A stretch of DNA of 32,000 nucleotides, taken from NCBI RefSeq assembly GCF_008065095.1, contig NZ_CP042911.1, forward strand, positions 2,160,001-2,192,000, read 5' to 3'. The position numbers were made by a program, and so were the translations under genes. The stretch's first letter is position 1. Each line of letters starts with the position of its first letter. Shown here one piece after another: positions 1-8,303 of this stretch. Source of the stretch: Gemmata obscuriglobus (GTDB lineage Bacteria; Planctomycetota; Planctomycetia; Gemmatales; Gemmataceae). The notes under the pieces are model-generated. The model was given only the letters and a program-made list of their open reading frames with translations, did not search any database and had not been told where the DNA came from.

Positions 1-784
1 CCGAGTCGGCGCAGGCGAGGTACCGGCCGTCCGGGCTGAACGCGGCCGTCACCACCTGGTCGGCGTGGCTGTTGAGCAGCATGAGCGGGTCCGGGTGCGG
101 CGGCCGCCACACCCGCGCGGACGTGTCCCAGCCGGCGGAGACCAGCAGGGCCGAGTCCGGCGACCACACCAGCGCCGGGATGCGGTCCGTGTGGCTCTTG
201 AGTTCGGCGACCGGGCGGCGCGTGGCCGCGTCCCACACCCGGACGGTGAGGTCCTCGCCGGCGGTCGCGACGAACTTCCCGTTCGGCGAGAACGCGAGCG
301 CGGAAATCGCTTTGCGCGGGTGCGCCTGCACCTCGCCCACGAGTGCGAAGCTCGTGGCGTCCCAGAACCGGAGCTTCCCGTCGTCGTGGCCGCTGGCCAC
401 GACCGCCCCGTCGGCGCTGAACGCCAGCGCGGTGAGCCACGCCGAACCGGCCGGCTGCTCGATCCGGCTCAGGAGCTGTCCGGTGCCGGTGTCCCAGATG
501 AGCAGGTCGTCGTTACCGCTGGCGAGCCGCTTCCCCCCGGGGCCGAAGCACCACAGCGTCTCGAGGTCGCTCAGGAAGTGCCGGGCCAACAGCCGCCCGT
601 CGGGGGCCCAGTGCCGCAGCACGCCCGACTCGTCGATCGAAAACAGACGCCCCTCGGCGTCGAAGGTGAGCCCCGCGATGTCGCCGTCGGTGTGGAACCT
701 CGGCTCGCCGAACACCCGGGTTACAAGTGGCAACGGGTAGATGGGTGTTGCGTCTTCGCGTGGAGTGGTCACGGGTGTGGACAT
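1..784 (-). CDS. WD40 / beta-propeller repeat protein (N-terminal ~261 codons; C-terminus lies beyond the left window edge)
   Basis: This gene is absent from the supplied ORF track because it is open at the window edge. My own reverse-strand translation from the ATG (complement of cat at 782-784) reads MSTPVTTPREDATPIYPLPLVTRVFGEPRFHTDGDIAGLTFDAEGRLFSIDESGVLRHWAPDGRLL... It contains successive WD-type units: LASGNDDLLIWD, VASGHDDGKLRFWD, VATAGEDLTVRVWD, LVSAGWDTSARVWR. I found no in-frame ATG/GTG/TTG in the ~110 nt upstream. The + strand ORFs 65..1210 and 72..740 are antisense shadows. Confidence 0.8.
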   Translation of the reverse strand, partial: MSTPVTTPREDATPIYPLPLVTRVFGEPRFHTDGDIAGLTFDAEGRLFSIDESGVLRHWAPDGRLLARHFLSDLETLWCFGPGGKRLASGNDDLLIWDTGTGQLLSRIEQPAGSAWLTALAFSADGAVVASGHDDGKLRFWDATSFALVGEVQAHPRKAISALAFSPNGKFVATAGEDLTVRVWDAATRRPVAELKSHTDRIPALVWSPDSALLVSAGWDTSARVWRPPHPDPLMLLNSHADQVVTAAFSPDGRYLACADS

Positions 785-1216
785 GAAAGCCCTTCGTCGT
801 GCGGTCTCGGTGTTCGCGCGGTGGGCGCGCGGAACGGGCGTTTCAACTCTAGAACAGTGTTTCCGTTGAGGCGAGAAAAACAGGGGCGCCGGGCAGAAAA
901 TTCGGCGTGCCGGGAACAGTTGACCAATTCGGAATTATTGTCGCATTTAAAATATTCTGCGCCAACAACAGAAATCCAGAGGATTTGGGCTGCGCGAGCC
1001 GCAAGCCACGTGAGTTTCGCCAAGTATGGCTTTGCTGGACCGGAAAGCAAATCGGCAGCGCGGAAAGCTCATTTACGGTGCGGGCCGGGTTTCATTCCGA
1101 CGACGGTTATTGCAAATGTGCCGCTTTTACGGCACTCACGCGGTTCCGGTACCAGCCGTATTACGGCAAACGGGTGTGATCTGGACGTTGCACCGCGGTC
1201 GCCCGTTTGAAACCGA

Positions 1217-3100
1217 TTACCACGTCCAGTCGACGCGGTACACGTGGTTCGCTTCCGGGTTCGGGATCTCCCAGTAAATCCAGCTCCCGTCGTCGGCCGC
1301 GAACGTGAGCAGCGGTCCGGTGTACGGGCGCGGCTCCTCGCGCGTTTTGGGGTCGTCTGCTCGAGTCGGTGCGTACCGGAACTGGTGGGTCTTGAACGGC
1401 CGGTCCTCGGGGAACAGGATCAACATGGAGGTCTTGACCGAGCCCTCGTAGCCGACCGCTCCGAACCACTGCTCGTCGGGCGCTTGGAGCGAGTTCCAGT
1501 AGGTGCTCGAATAGCGGAGCGTGAACTCGTGCCCCACCGGGATGTCGGACACGTCGAACACCAGTTGCCGCACTTTCATTGCCTGTTGCCCCACGAACCC
1601 GGGGCGCTCCGCACTGAACGCGCGGGCCTTGTCGGCGTTCGGCCGGCCGGCTCGGTTGACGACGTCCCGTCCGGTGGTGCGGGTCTCGACGCGCAACTCG
1701 TTCACGGGGGCGATCTTCTTCACCTCGCGCCGGGTGAAGTACACGATCGAGGATTCCGCGGTCGAGCCCGGAGGGACCGCGCGCCACCCGCGCATGTCCA
1801 CGATCCGCTCGTCCCGGCGCACCTCGAAGTGCGACGCGTCCGCGTCGGGCAGGTTCGGTAGTACGGTGACGGGGTGCGGCGAGGTCCGGTCCGGGAGCGG
1901 TTCCACGAGTCGGAGGGCATCGACCTGCTTGGCGACTTCGTCGCGCACGAGTGCGACGGCCGCGTCGTCCTTCTTGCGGAACAGCCACACCGGCGACGGT
2001 GCGAGCCACGCGACGGCGAGCAACCCGAGGAGAACGCCCGCCGCCAGGGCGGGGCGCCAGCGGCGGCGGAACTGCTTGCAGGCCGTGTACCACAGCCCGG
2101 TGCGCGGACCAAGGAGCGGCTCCCCGCCCAGGTACCGCCGCAGGTCGGCGGCGAGGTCCGCGGCGCTCGCGTACCGCTCCGCCGGGTCCTTCGCGAGGCA
2201 CTTGCGGCAGATCAGGTCGAGTTCGCGGGGGACGCCCGGGGCGCGCCGCGCCGCCGGCACCGGTTCGTCGCTAACCACCTGACGGATCACGGACCACGCA
2301 TCCGAACCGGTGAACGGCACCGAACCGGTGAGGCACTCGTACAGGATGACGCCGAGCGCGTAGACGTCCGCCGCCGGGCCGATGCTCTTCGTCTCGCCCC
2401 GCGCCTGCTCCGGCGACATGTACGCGGGGGTGCCCATCACCGACCCGGTTCGGGTGAGTTCGGCGCCGTCGCGCTTCGCGAGCCCGAAGTCCATCACCTT
2501 CGGTTCGCCCCACGGTTCGGCGGCGGGACCCGGGGCGTCGAGCAGGACGTTGTGGGGCTTCAGGTCGCGGTGGACGATGCCGCGGTCGTGGGCGGCCTGC
2601 ACCCCGAGCGCGACCTTCGCGACCAACTCGGCCGCGGCACAGGGGCGCATTTTCCCGGACGCGCGGAGCCGCTGCGCGAGGCTCCCGCCCTCCAGGCACT
2701 CCATCGCGAGGTACGGGCGCCCGTCGGCCTCACCGCTGTCGAACACCTGGATCACGTTGGGGTGGCGGATCGCGGCCACCGCTTGCGCTTCCCCGAGGAA
2801 CCGCGCGACCTCGCGCGCGTCCGCGTGCGCGCCGGCCAGCACCATCTTGAGCGCCACCACCCGGTTCAGTTTCACCTGCCGGGCCTTGTACACGACGCCC
2901 ATGCCGCCGCGCCCGAGTTCGCCGACGATCTCGTACCCGGGAGGGCCGGACGCCGTGAGCGTGAGCGCGACCCGCTGCGCCTGTTCCGCCGTCTGTGCGA
3001 GCGTCTCGCTGTGCGCGAGAGACGCTTCGCTCGGGTGCGTGTCCCCTTCGGTTGTCAAATCGGGGGGCGACGGCGATGCGGTTCGTGTTTCATCATTCAT
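1217..3100 (-). CDS. Hanks-type Ser/Thr protein kinase with one TM helix and a ~260-aa C-terminal extracytoplasmic domain of unknown type
   Basis: The kinase motifs are present: Gly-loop GELGRGGMGVVYKA, VALK lysine, catalytic loop HRDLKPHNVLL, DFGLAK, and activation segment GTPAYMSPEQ. A hydrophobic segment ALAAGVLLGLLAVAWLAPSPVWLF follows. The C-terminal domain (..VYFTRREVKKIAPVNELRVETRTTG..FTLRYSSTYWNSLQ..) has no motif I recognise. The ORF opens with GTG at 3121; the first ATG is at 3100, so the start is uncertain by 7 codons. Confidence 0.9.
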   Translation of the reverse strand: MNDETRTASPSPPDLTTEGDTHPSEASLAHSETLAQTAEQAQRVALTLTASGPPGYEIVGELGRGGMGVVYKARQVKLNRVVALKMVLAGAHADAREVARFLGEAQAVAAIRHPNVIQVFDSGEADGRPYLAMECLEGGSLAQRLRASGKMRPCAAAELVAKVALGVQAAHDRGIVHRDLKPHNVLLDAPGPAAEPWGEPKVMDFGLAKRDGAELTRTGSVMGTPAYMSPEQARGETKSIGPAADVYALGVILYECLTGSVPFTGSDAWSVIRQVVSDEPVPAARRAPGVPRELDLICRKCLAKDPAERYASAADLAADLRRYLGGEPLLGPRTGLWYTACKQFRRRWRPALAAGVLLGLLAVAWLAPSPVWLFRKKDDAAVALVRDEVAKQVDALRLVEPLPDRTSPHPVTVLPNLPDADASHFEVRRDERIVDMRGWRAVPPGSTAESSIVYFTRREVKKIAPVNELRVETRTTGRDVVNRAGRPNADKARAFSAERPGFVGQQAMKVRQLVFDVSDIPVGHEFTLRYSSTYWNSLQAPDEQWFGAVGYEGSVKTSMLILFPEDRPFKTHQFRYAPTRADDPKTREEPRPYTGPLLTFAADDGSWIYWEIPNPEANHVYRVDWTW

Positions 3101-3174
3101 GTGGCGCCCAGAAAGAAGCACGCGCGTAGTTTAGCACCGAACGGGGCGGGGCGCCTGCTGATGCGCCAGAAGCG

Positions 3175-3237
3175 TGAGCGGCGGCGCGGGGCGGGCGCGA
3201 CACAAATGATGTCGCGCCCGCCCCGCGCCGCCGCTCA
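3175..3237 (-). terminator. Perfect 28-bp GC-rich stem with a 7-nt loop between the Fe-S gene and the kinase gene; candidate terminator or attenuator
   Basis: The left arm at 3175-3202 is tgagcggcggcgcggggcgggcgcgaca. The loop at 3203-3209 is caaatga. The right arm at 3210-3237 is tgtcgcgcccgccccgcgccgccgctca, the exact reverse complement of the left arm. The structure begins 26 nt downstream of the stop at 3263-3265 on the minus strand. No U-tract follows it on the minus strand, so the intrinsic-terminator call is only moderate. The structure itself is certain. Confidence 0.55.
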
Positions 3238-3262
3238 GACTTCCCACACACCGTTCGGTCGT

Positions 3263-6022
3263 TTAGTCGTGGGTTTCGAGCCGGTGCAGCACTTCGGTAA
3301 GCAGTCCCGGGCCGCTCATCCGGTACGCGGCTTCGTGCGGGCACGCTTGAACGCAGAACGGCTCGTTGCCGCCGCACAGGTCGCAGTTGACGGCGCGCCG
3401 GGCGGCGATCTTGAGCGGGTCGCCGCTGGGGTGCTGGGTCGCGGCCGGGTTCGGGGTGCCGCGGGCGGTCATGTGGATCGCACCGTAGGGGCAGTTGCGC
3501 TCGCACAGCCCGCACCCGATGCAGTGGTTCTCGATCACCACCTCCAGGTGCGCGCCGCGGCGGTGGATCGCGTCCACCGGGCACCCCTCCATGCAGTACG
3601 GCTTCTGGCACGAGCGGCACGAGGTGGCGACCAGGAAGTCGCCGAACCGCAGCCCCTCGCGGAGCAGCCGGGCGTTACCGTCGTGCGAGTCGGCGCACGC
3701 CTTGGTACACTCGTCGCACCGGGTGCAGCTCTTCAGGTCGAGCACCAGCAGCCGCTGCCCCTGGTAGAGCCCCTGGCGGACGTAGTCGCGGAGGACCGCC
3801 GGGGGCGGGTCCTTGGCGACGCCCGGGACCGCGCGGCGCGGCCCCTCTTCCATGTGCTCTTTGAGCTTCGGGAACCGCTCGCACAGCCGGCGGAACACCG
3901 GGCCGGGGACCCGCACCACCTCGACCGGGTCCAGCGCCGCGACGGTCGCGGTGCGCACCCCGGGGCGGTCCGACAGCAGCCCGCGCTCGCCGAAGCTGTC
4001 GCCGGCGGACAGCAGCCGCAGCACCTGCTCGGCCCCGCCGGCCGTGGTGAACACCCGCACGGTGCCCAGCCGGATGATGTAGAACGCGGCCGCGACGTCC
4101 CCTTCGGACACGATCGCCTCGCCCGCCTCGACCCGGGCGAACGTGACCCCCTCGCTCAGCAGGAACGTCGCCGCCTGCTCCCGCTCCATCTTGTCGAGCG
4201 CCTCGAACACGCGGCTGTTCTGCACGCCGGTCTGGATCGCGCGCAGGGTGTACATCTCCTGGATGTCCTCGCGGGCCGAGGCCGACCGCTGCATCATGTC
4301 GAGCATGTTGCGGGTGATCTCGTACACCACCACCGGGCCGCGCTTCTTCGGGTTCCGCGCGACGGTGGGCCATCCGTTCTCGTCGTACCCCAGGGTGAGT
4401 TCGGGGCTGTCGTCCTCGGCGACCGCGACCACGGTCGCGGTGCGCGGGCGCTGGGTGAAACAGGTCATCTCGCCGAGCACCAGCTCGTCCCCGGACGACA
4501 CCTTCACCAGCGCCCCGTAGTCGCCCGCCGCGCGCTTCTTTTTCTTCTTCGCCCCGCCGAACAGGCTGCCGAGCAGCCCGAGCCGCACCTCGGGCTCCGG
4601 CCCGCGGACGTAGATCTCGAACGTGCCGGTCCCTTGCAGGAGGAACGCGGTGCTGCCGTACTCGCCCTCGTCGCACAGCACCTTGCGGTCGCCCGGGCGG
4701 ATCTCCCACCGGCGCACGGCCCCCTCGTTCCACTTGAGGTACGAGTACGGGATGGAGCGGAACGGGAACACGACCCGCGCCCCGCGGGTGGGGCTCTCGT
4801 ACAGGAGCCACACGTCCCGCATCTGGTCGGCGGTCAGGAAGTCGGACCCCTCCGGGAACGGGGTGTTCGGGTTCACCGGCACCTGCTCGGGCGAGTCGTC
4901 GCCCCACGCCCGGGGCCGCACGCGGCGGCGCAGCGACAGCGCGCCGGTGGGGCAACTGTTCATGCACTCGCCGCACTGCACGCAGGTGCTGTCCCGCATG
5001 ACGCTGTCGAGGTCGAAGCTGATGCGGGTGCCGTACCCCTTGCCGGTGTGGCCGATCACCTTGAACGGCTTCACCTCGGAGCACGCCCGCACGCACCGGT
5101 CGCACACGATGCACCGGTCGTGGTCCACCACCACCGTGCGCGACGAGTAGGGGTAGTCCTTGTCGATCTGCGCGTTCCACTCCTCCCAGGCGTCGCGCAG
5201 CTCCGGCGCCTCTTCCGTCAGCTCGTTTTCGCGGAGGGTGGGGAGGAGGGGCAGGTTGACGCGCCGGGACTTGGGGATCGCCTCTTCGGCCGCGTTGCGG
5301 CTCGGCAGGGCGGCGGGCTTGCGCAGGCTCGGCCGCGCCTCCAGCACCTCCAGCGACCGGGCCACCGTGGACAGCTCGTCCTCGTACCGCTTGGTCTCGG
5401 TGAGCGGCTCGTGGAGGCAGTCGGCGACGAGGAACTCGGCGAGCAGCTTGACCGACTGGTTGACGCTGTCTGCCGCGTCCCGGATGGTCTTGGCGGTCTT
5501 TTCGTCGCCCGTGGCCTCGTCGCGCTTCTGCGGGTTGTACCCGTCGAGCCCGGCGCGGGTGGTGACCACCATATTGGTTTCGACGCGGTGCTGGCACGCG
5601 GGCACCAGCTTGCGCCCGGGGGTCAGCTTCCCGCGCTTCATGCTCGAGATGTGGACCGAGCACATGCGGCACACCGCGACCGGGGCGACGTGCCGCTGGT
5701 GGCACAGCACCGGGATGCGCTCCTTCAGCTCCTCTTCCGTCCACGCCCCGGCGGCGACGAGGGCCGCGGCGGCGTCGTAGATGGTCGTGGTGCGCGGGAT
5801 CTCCTTGCCGTCGGCGTCGCGGACGACGTTCCCCTGCGCGTCGGTCTTGGGCACCGCGCGGGGCACCTCGACCGGGAACCCGTCGATGACGACGGTGACG
5901 AGGTCCCGGAACCGGTCGCGGGTCTCTTTCTCGCGCCGCACGAGCACGTCGTTGTCGTCGCGGGCGAAGAGGGACTCTTCTTCGCGGCCCAGGAAGATGT
6001 CGGGATCGGCGATGTCAGGCAT
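3263..6022 (-). CDS. Multidomain Fe-S protein: NuoG/HndD-type N-terminus ([2Fe-2S] + 2x[4Fe-4S]), two cyclic-nucleotide-binding domains, DmsB/HybA-type 4x[4Fe-4S] C-terminus
   Basis: The protein is 919 aa. The [2Fe-2S] pattern is C107-x10-C118-x2-C121-x21-C143. The two-cluster ferredoxin patterns are C304xxC307xxC310xxxC314 and C347xxC350xxC353xxxC357P. The cNMP phosphate-binding cassettes are LGEMTCFTQRPRTATV (aa 516-531) and FGERGLLSDRPGVRTATV (aa 677-694). The C-terminal clusters are C766xxCxxCxxxC776, C802xxCx4CxxxC814P, C834xxCxxCxxxC844P and C880xxCx6CxxxC894P. There is no molybdopterin or H-cluster domain and no TM helix. Confidence 0.9.
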   Translation of the reverse strand: MPDIADPDIFLGREEESLFARDDNDVLVRREKETRDRFRDLVTVVIDGFPVEVPRAVPKTDAQGNVVRDADGKEIPRTTTIYDAAAALVAAGAWTEEELKERIPVLCHQRHVAPVAVCRMCSVHISSMKRGKLTPGRKLVPACQHRVETNMVVTTRAGLDGYNPQKRDEATGDEKTAKTIRDAADSVNQSVKLLAEFLVADCLHEPLTETKRYEDELSTVARSLEVLEARPSLRKPAALPSRNAAEEAIPKSRRVNLPLLPTLRENELTEEAPELRDAWEEWNAQIDKDYPYSSRTVVVDHDRCIVCDRCVRACSEVKPFKVIGHTGKGYGTRISFDLDSVMRDSTCVQCGECMNSCPTGALSLRRRVRPRAWGDDSPEQVPVNPNTPFPEGSDFLTADQMRDVWLLYESPTRGARVVFPFRSIPYSYLKWNEGAVRRWEIRPGDRKVLCDEGEYGSTAFLLQGTGTFEIYVRGPEPEVRLGLLGSLFGGAKKKKKRAAGDYGALVKVSSGDELVLGEMTCFTQRPRTATVVAVAEDDSPELTLGYDENGWPTVARNPKKRGPVVVYEITRNMLDMMQRSASAREDIQEMYTLRAIQTGVQNSRVFEALDKMEREQAATFLLSEGVTFARVEAGEAIVSEGDVAAAFYIIRLGTVRVFTTAGGAEQVLRLLSAGDSFGERGLLSDRPGVRTATVAALDPVEVVRVPGPVFRRLCERFPKLKEHMEEGPRRAVPGVAKDPPPAVLRDYVRQGLYQGQRLLVLDLKSCTRCDECTKACADSHDGNARLLREGLRFGDFLVATSCRSCQKPYCMEGCPVDAIHRRGAHLEVVIENHCIGCGLCERNCPYGAIHMTARGTPNPAATQHPSGDPLKIAARRAVNCDLCGGNEPFCVQACPHEAAYRMSGPGLLTEVLHRLETHD

Positions 6023-6121
6023 GGTGGAACCCGTGTCCTGGCGAGCGAGGGCGCGAGCCCTGGCGTGACCTGTGGCGACGAGGCGATGCGTGCGCTGCGT
6101 GGGGGGAGCGGTGCCGGCCCG

Positions 6122-8182
6122 CTATTCGGCGGGCTTCCGCCCGTTCGCTTTGGGTGCGTCATCGACGAAGTACTCGAGCGCCGTCGCCAGCGGGATCGGG
6201 GCCACGTACCCCAGGCCGCAGATCGAGGTGAGCTGGAGCGTCTTCGTGATCTCTTTCACGTCCTTCTTGATCGCGGCCAGGTCGTCGGCCGGCAGCCGGC
6301 CCGCGCGGCGGCTCTTCAGCAGCCCCTCGCCGATCTGCACCAGCTTCTGCGACCCGAGCCGGCACGGCACGCACTTCCCGCACGACTCGTTTCGGTAGAA
6401 CTGCGTGTAGTTCACCGCCTGGTCGAGCACGTCCACGTCGCCCGCGTACACTGTGATGGCGGCGCCGAGCATCGCTTCCACGGGGAGCCGCAGCGCGCCG
6501 TTCAGGTGCCGGAAAAAGTTCAGGTCAAGGGGGATCTTGAGCACGTCGAGTTCGGTCGCGCCGAGCGGCAGGTGCGTGTTGAGGAACCACTCCATGAAGT
6601 CCGCGTCTTGCGCCGAGCGGTCGCGGATGCGGGCGACCGCGTCCGCCCGCTTCTTGGCGTCGAACTTGGGATCGACCGGCAGCTTCGCCGGGACCAGCCC
6701 GCCGGACGGGCCGGACGCGGCCACCGCCCGCAGCGGGCCGGTGATCCCGCCGCAATACTTGTCCCCGTTGAACAGCTCGCCGAGGGTGAGGCCGATCGCG
6801 ACCTCGTACACCCCGGGGCGCGCCACGTCGCCGCTGACCGAGAACAGCCGCCGCCCGCCGAACTTGATCTTCGGGTCGGTCGCCAGCCGCCACCCGCCCA
6901 TCTCGTACTTGTCGCCGCCGAACAGGATGATCCCCGGCGCCCAGGCCAGCGTCTCGACGTTGTTCACCACCGTCGGCTTGTCGCGGAACCCGTTGGCCGA
7001 CAGCTCCGGCGGCCGGTTCCGCGGTTGCCCGCGGCGGTCCTCCATTGCCTCGATCAGGGCCGACTGCTCGCCGCAAATGTACCCCCCCGGGCTCTCGAAC
7101 ACCTCGACCGGGAAGTTGCGTCCCGACCCGAAGATGTTCGGGCCGCACGCGCCGAGCTCTTGCGCGCGTTTGATCTCTTCTTTTAGGGCGTGGATCTGCT
7201 CGAAGTACTCGTGGCGGACGTAGATGTGCCCGCTGGTGGCGCCGGTCATGAGCCCGGCGAGGATGACCCCCTCCACCACGAGGTGCGGCATCCGCAGGAG
7301 GATCTCGCGGTCCTTGAAGGTGCCGGGTTCGCTCTCGTCGCCGTTGCAGACGATGTACTTCTCGTTGCCCGGCTGTTGCCACACGTCGAGCCACTTCTGG
7401 TACGCCGGCGCGCCGGCCCCGCCCATCCCGAGCAGGTTCGCCGTCTTGAGCTCCCACAGCAGCGGGTGGAACCGCTGGACGTAGGTCTCAAGGTCCTTGC
7501 CGCCCAGCTCGCGCGGGGGCGGCACGAGCGGCCGGATGAGCCGAGCCAGGTAGTCCGTGAACCGCTTGACGGCGCGGTAGTCGCGGGGCCAGCCCTGGCG
7601 CCCGTAGATGTCCAGCGACCAGCCCGCCGTGCGCGGCGCCGGGTGCTCCGGGTCGGCGATCACGCCCTTGGGTATCGCGTAACCGCGGTTGGTGTTGGTG
7701 TGCGGCTCGTAAGTCGCGTCGGTGTCCGGCTCGGGCGGGTCGCGGTCCGCGGCGAGGTCCCGCAGCACCCCTTCGAGGAACTCGCCGTCGCGCCCGGCGT
7801 AGACCCAGGCGTGAACGTGTTCGGGCATGGGCCGCTTCTCGACCCACACCGCCGGGGCGCGGTCGCACCGGCCCAGGCACGAAACGCCCTCGACGCACAC
7901 ACTCTTGCCGGTCGCCTCGGACAATTCGGCCGCGAGCACCGGCAGCCCGGTGCGCTCGTCCAGCAGCGCCGCGGCCCCGCGGTGGTGGCAGGTCAGGTCG
8001 CGGCACACCCGCATCTCGATCTCGGGCGGGTTGGTGCGTTCGAGCTTGAACGCGGGGAAAAAGCTGCTGACCTCCTCAATGCGGTACAGCGGCACGTTGA
8101 TCTCGTGCGCGAGCGCCCGCAGCTCCTTATCGGGGAGGAAGCCGAACCGGTTTTGGATGTCGCGGAGCCGCTGAACGATCAT
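6122..8182 (-). CDS. NuoE-NuoF fusion protein (NADH-oxidising flavoprotein module: thioredoxin-like [2Fe-2S] + FMN/NADH site + [4Fe-4S])
   Basis: The protein is 686 aa. The NuoE part begins MIVQRLRDIQNRFGFLPDKELRALAHEINVPLYRIEEVSSFFPAF and carries CRDLTC...CLGRC, a Cx4C...Cx3C pattern. The NuoF part has GMGGAGAPAYQKW (FMN loop), YIVCNGDESEPGTFKDREIL, GGYICGEQSALIEAME, VVNNVETLA, an SLBB-like RRLFSVSGDVARPGVYEV, and ESCGKCVPCRLG...SICGLG ([4Fe-4S]). The start is ATG at 8182. Confidence 0.92.
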   Translation of the reverse strand: MIVQRLRDIQNRFGFLPDKELRALAHEINVPLYRIEEVSSFFPAFKLERTNPPEIEMRVCRDLTCHHRGAAALLDERTGLPVLAAELSEATGKSVCVEGVSCLGRCDRAPAVWVEKRPMPEHVHAWVYAGRDGEFLEGVLRDLAADRDPPEPDTDATYEPHTNTNRGYAIPKGVIADPEHPAPRTAGWSLDIYGRQGWPRDYRAVKRFTDYLARLIRPLVPPPRELGGKDLETYVQRFHPLLWELKTANLLGMGGAGAPAYQKWLDVWQQPGNEKYIVCNGDESEPGTFKDREILLRMPHLVVEGVILAGLMTGATSGHIYVRHEYFEQIHALKEEIKRAQELGACGPNIFGSGRNFPVEVFESPGGYICGEQSALIEAMEDRRGQPRNRPPELSANGFRDKPTVVNNVETLAWAPGIILFGGDKYEMGGWRLATDPKIKFGGRRLFSVSGDVARPGVYEVAIGLTLGELFNGDKYCGGITGPLRAVAASGPSGGLVPAKLPVDPKFDAKKRADAVARIRDRSAQDADFMEWFLNTHLPLGATELDVLKIPLDLNFFRHLNGALRLPVEAMLGAAITVYAGDVDVLDQAVNYTQFYRNESCGKCVPCRLGSQKLVQIGEGLLKSRRAGRLPADDLAAIKKDVKEITKTLQLTSICGLGYVAPIPLATALEYFVDDAPKANGRKPAE

Positions 8183-8303
8183 CGCTGACCCTTGAGAGGT
8201 CGTAGGACGGAGGTCTGGGACAGAGGACGCCGGTCAGGAGCCAGAACGCACAGGTGTTTTCTTTGGCTACTGTTTTCTGTCGTCTGCCCTGTGCCCTCGG
8301 GTC

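Noticed and set aside
65-1210. The + strand ORFs 65..1210 and 72..740
   Set aside because: The opposite strand encodes an unmistakable WD40 repeat protein. The + strand products are Arg/Pro/Ser-rich, and 65..1210 continues through the AT-richer non-coding spacer.
1874-7186. A 1770-aa ORF on the + strand, the longest ORF in the track
   Set aside because: It runs antisense to three well-supported minus-strand genes (kinase, Fe-S protein, NuoEF). Its translation is Arg/Ala/Gly/Pro/Val-rich low complexity with no recognisable motif. Open antisense frames like this are expected in DNA this GC-rich.
3263-8182. Interpreting NuoEF + the NuoG-like gene as part of a respiratory complex I operon, an NAD-linked formate dehydrogenase, or a hydrogenase
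   Set aside because: No NuoA-D or NuoH-N genes are adjacent. The NuoG-like protein has no molybdopterin domain, and there is no H-cluster or NiFe large/small subunit. cNMP and DmsB-like domains occupy the place of a catalytic domain.
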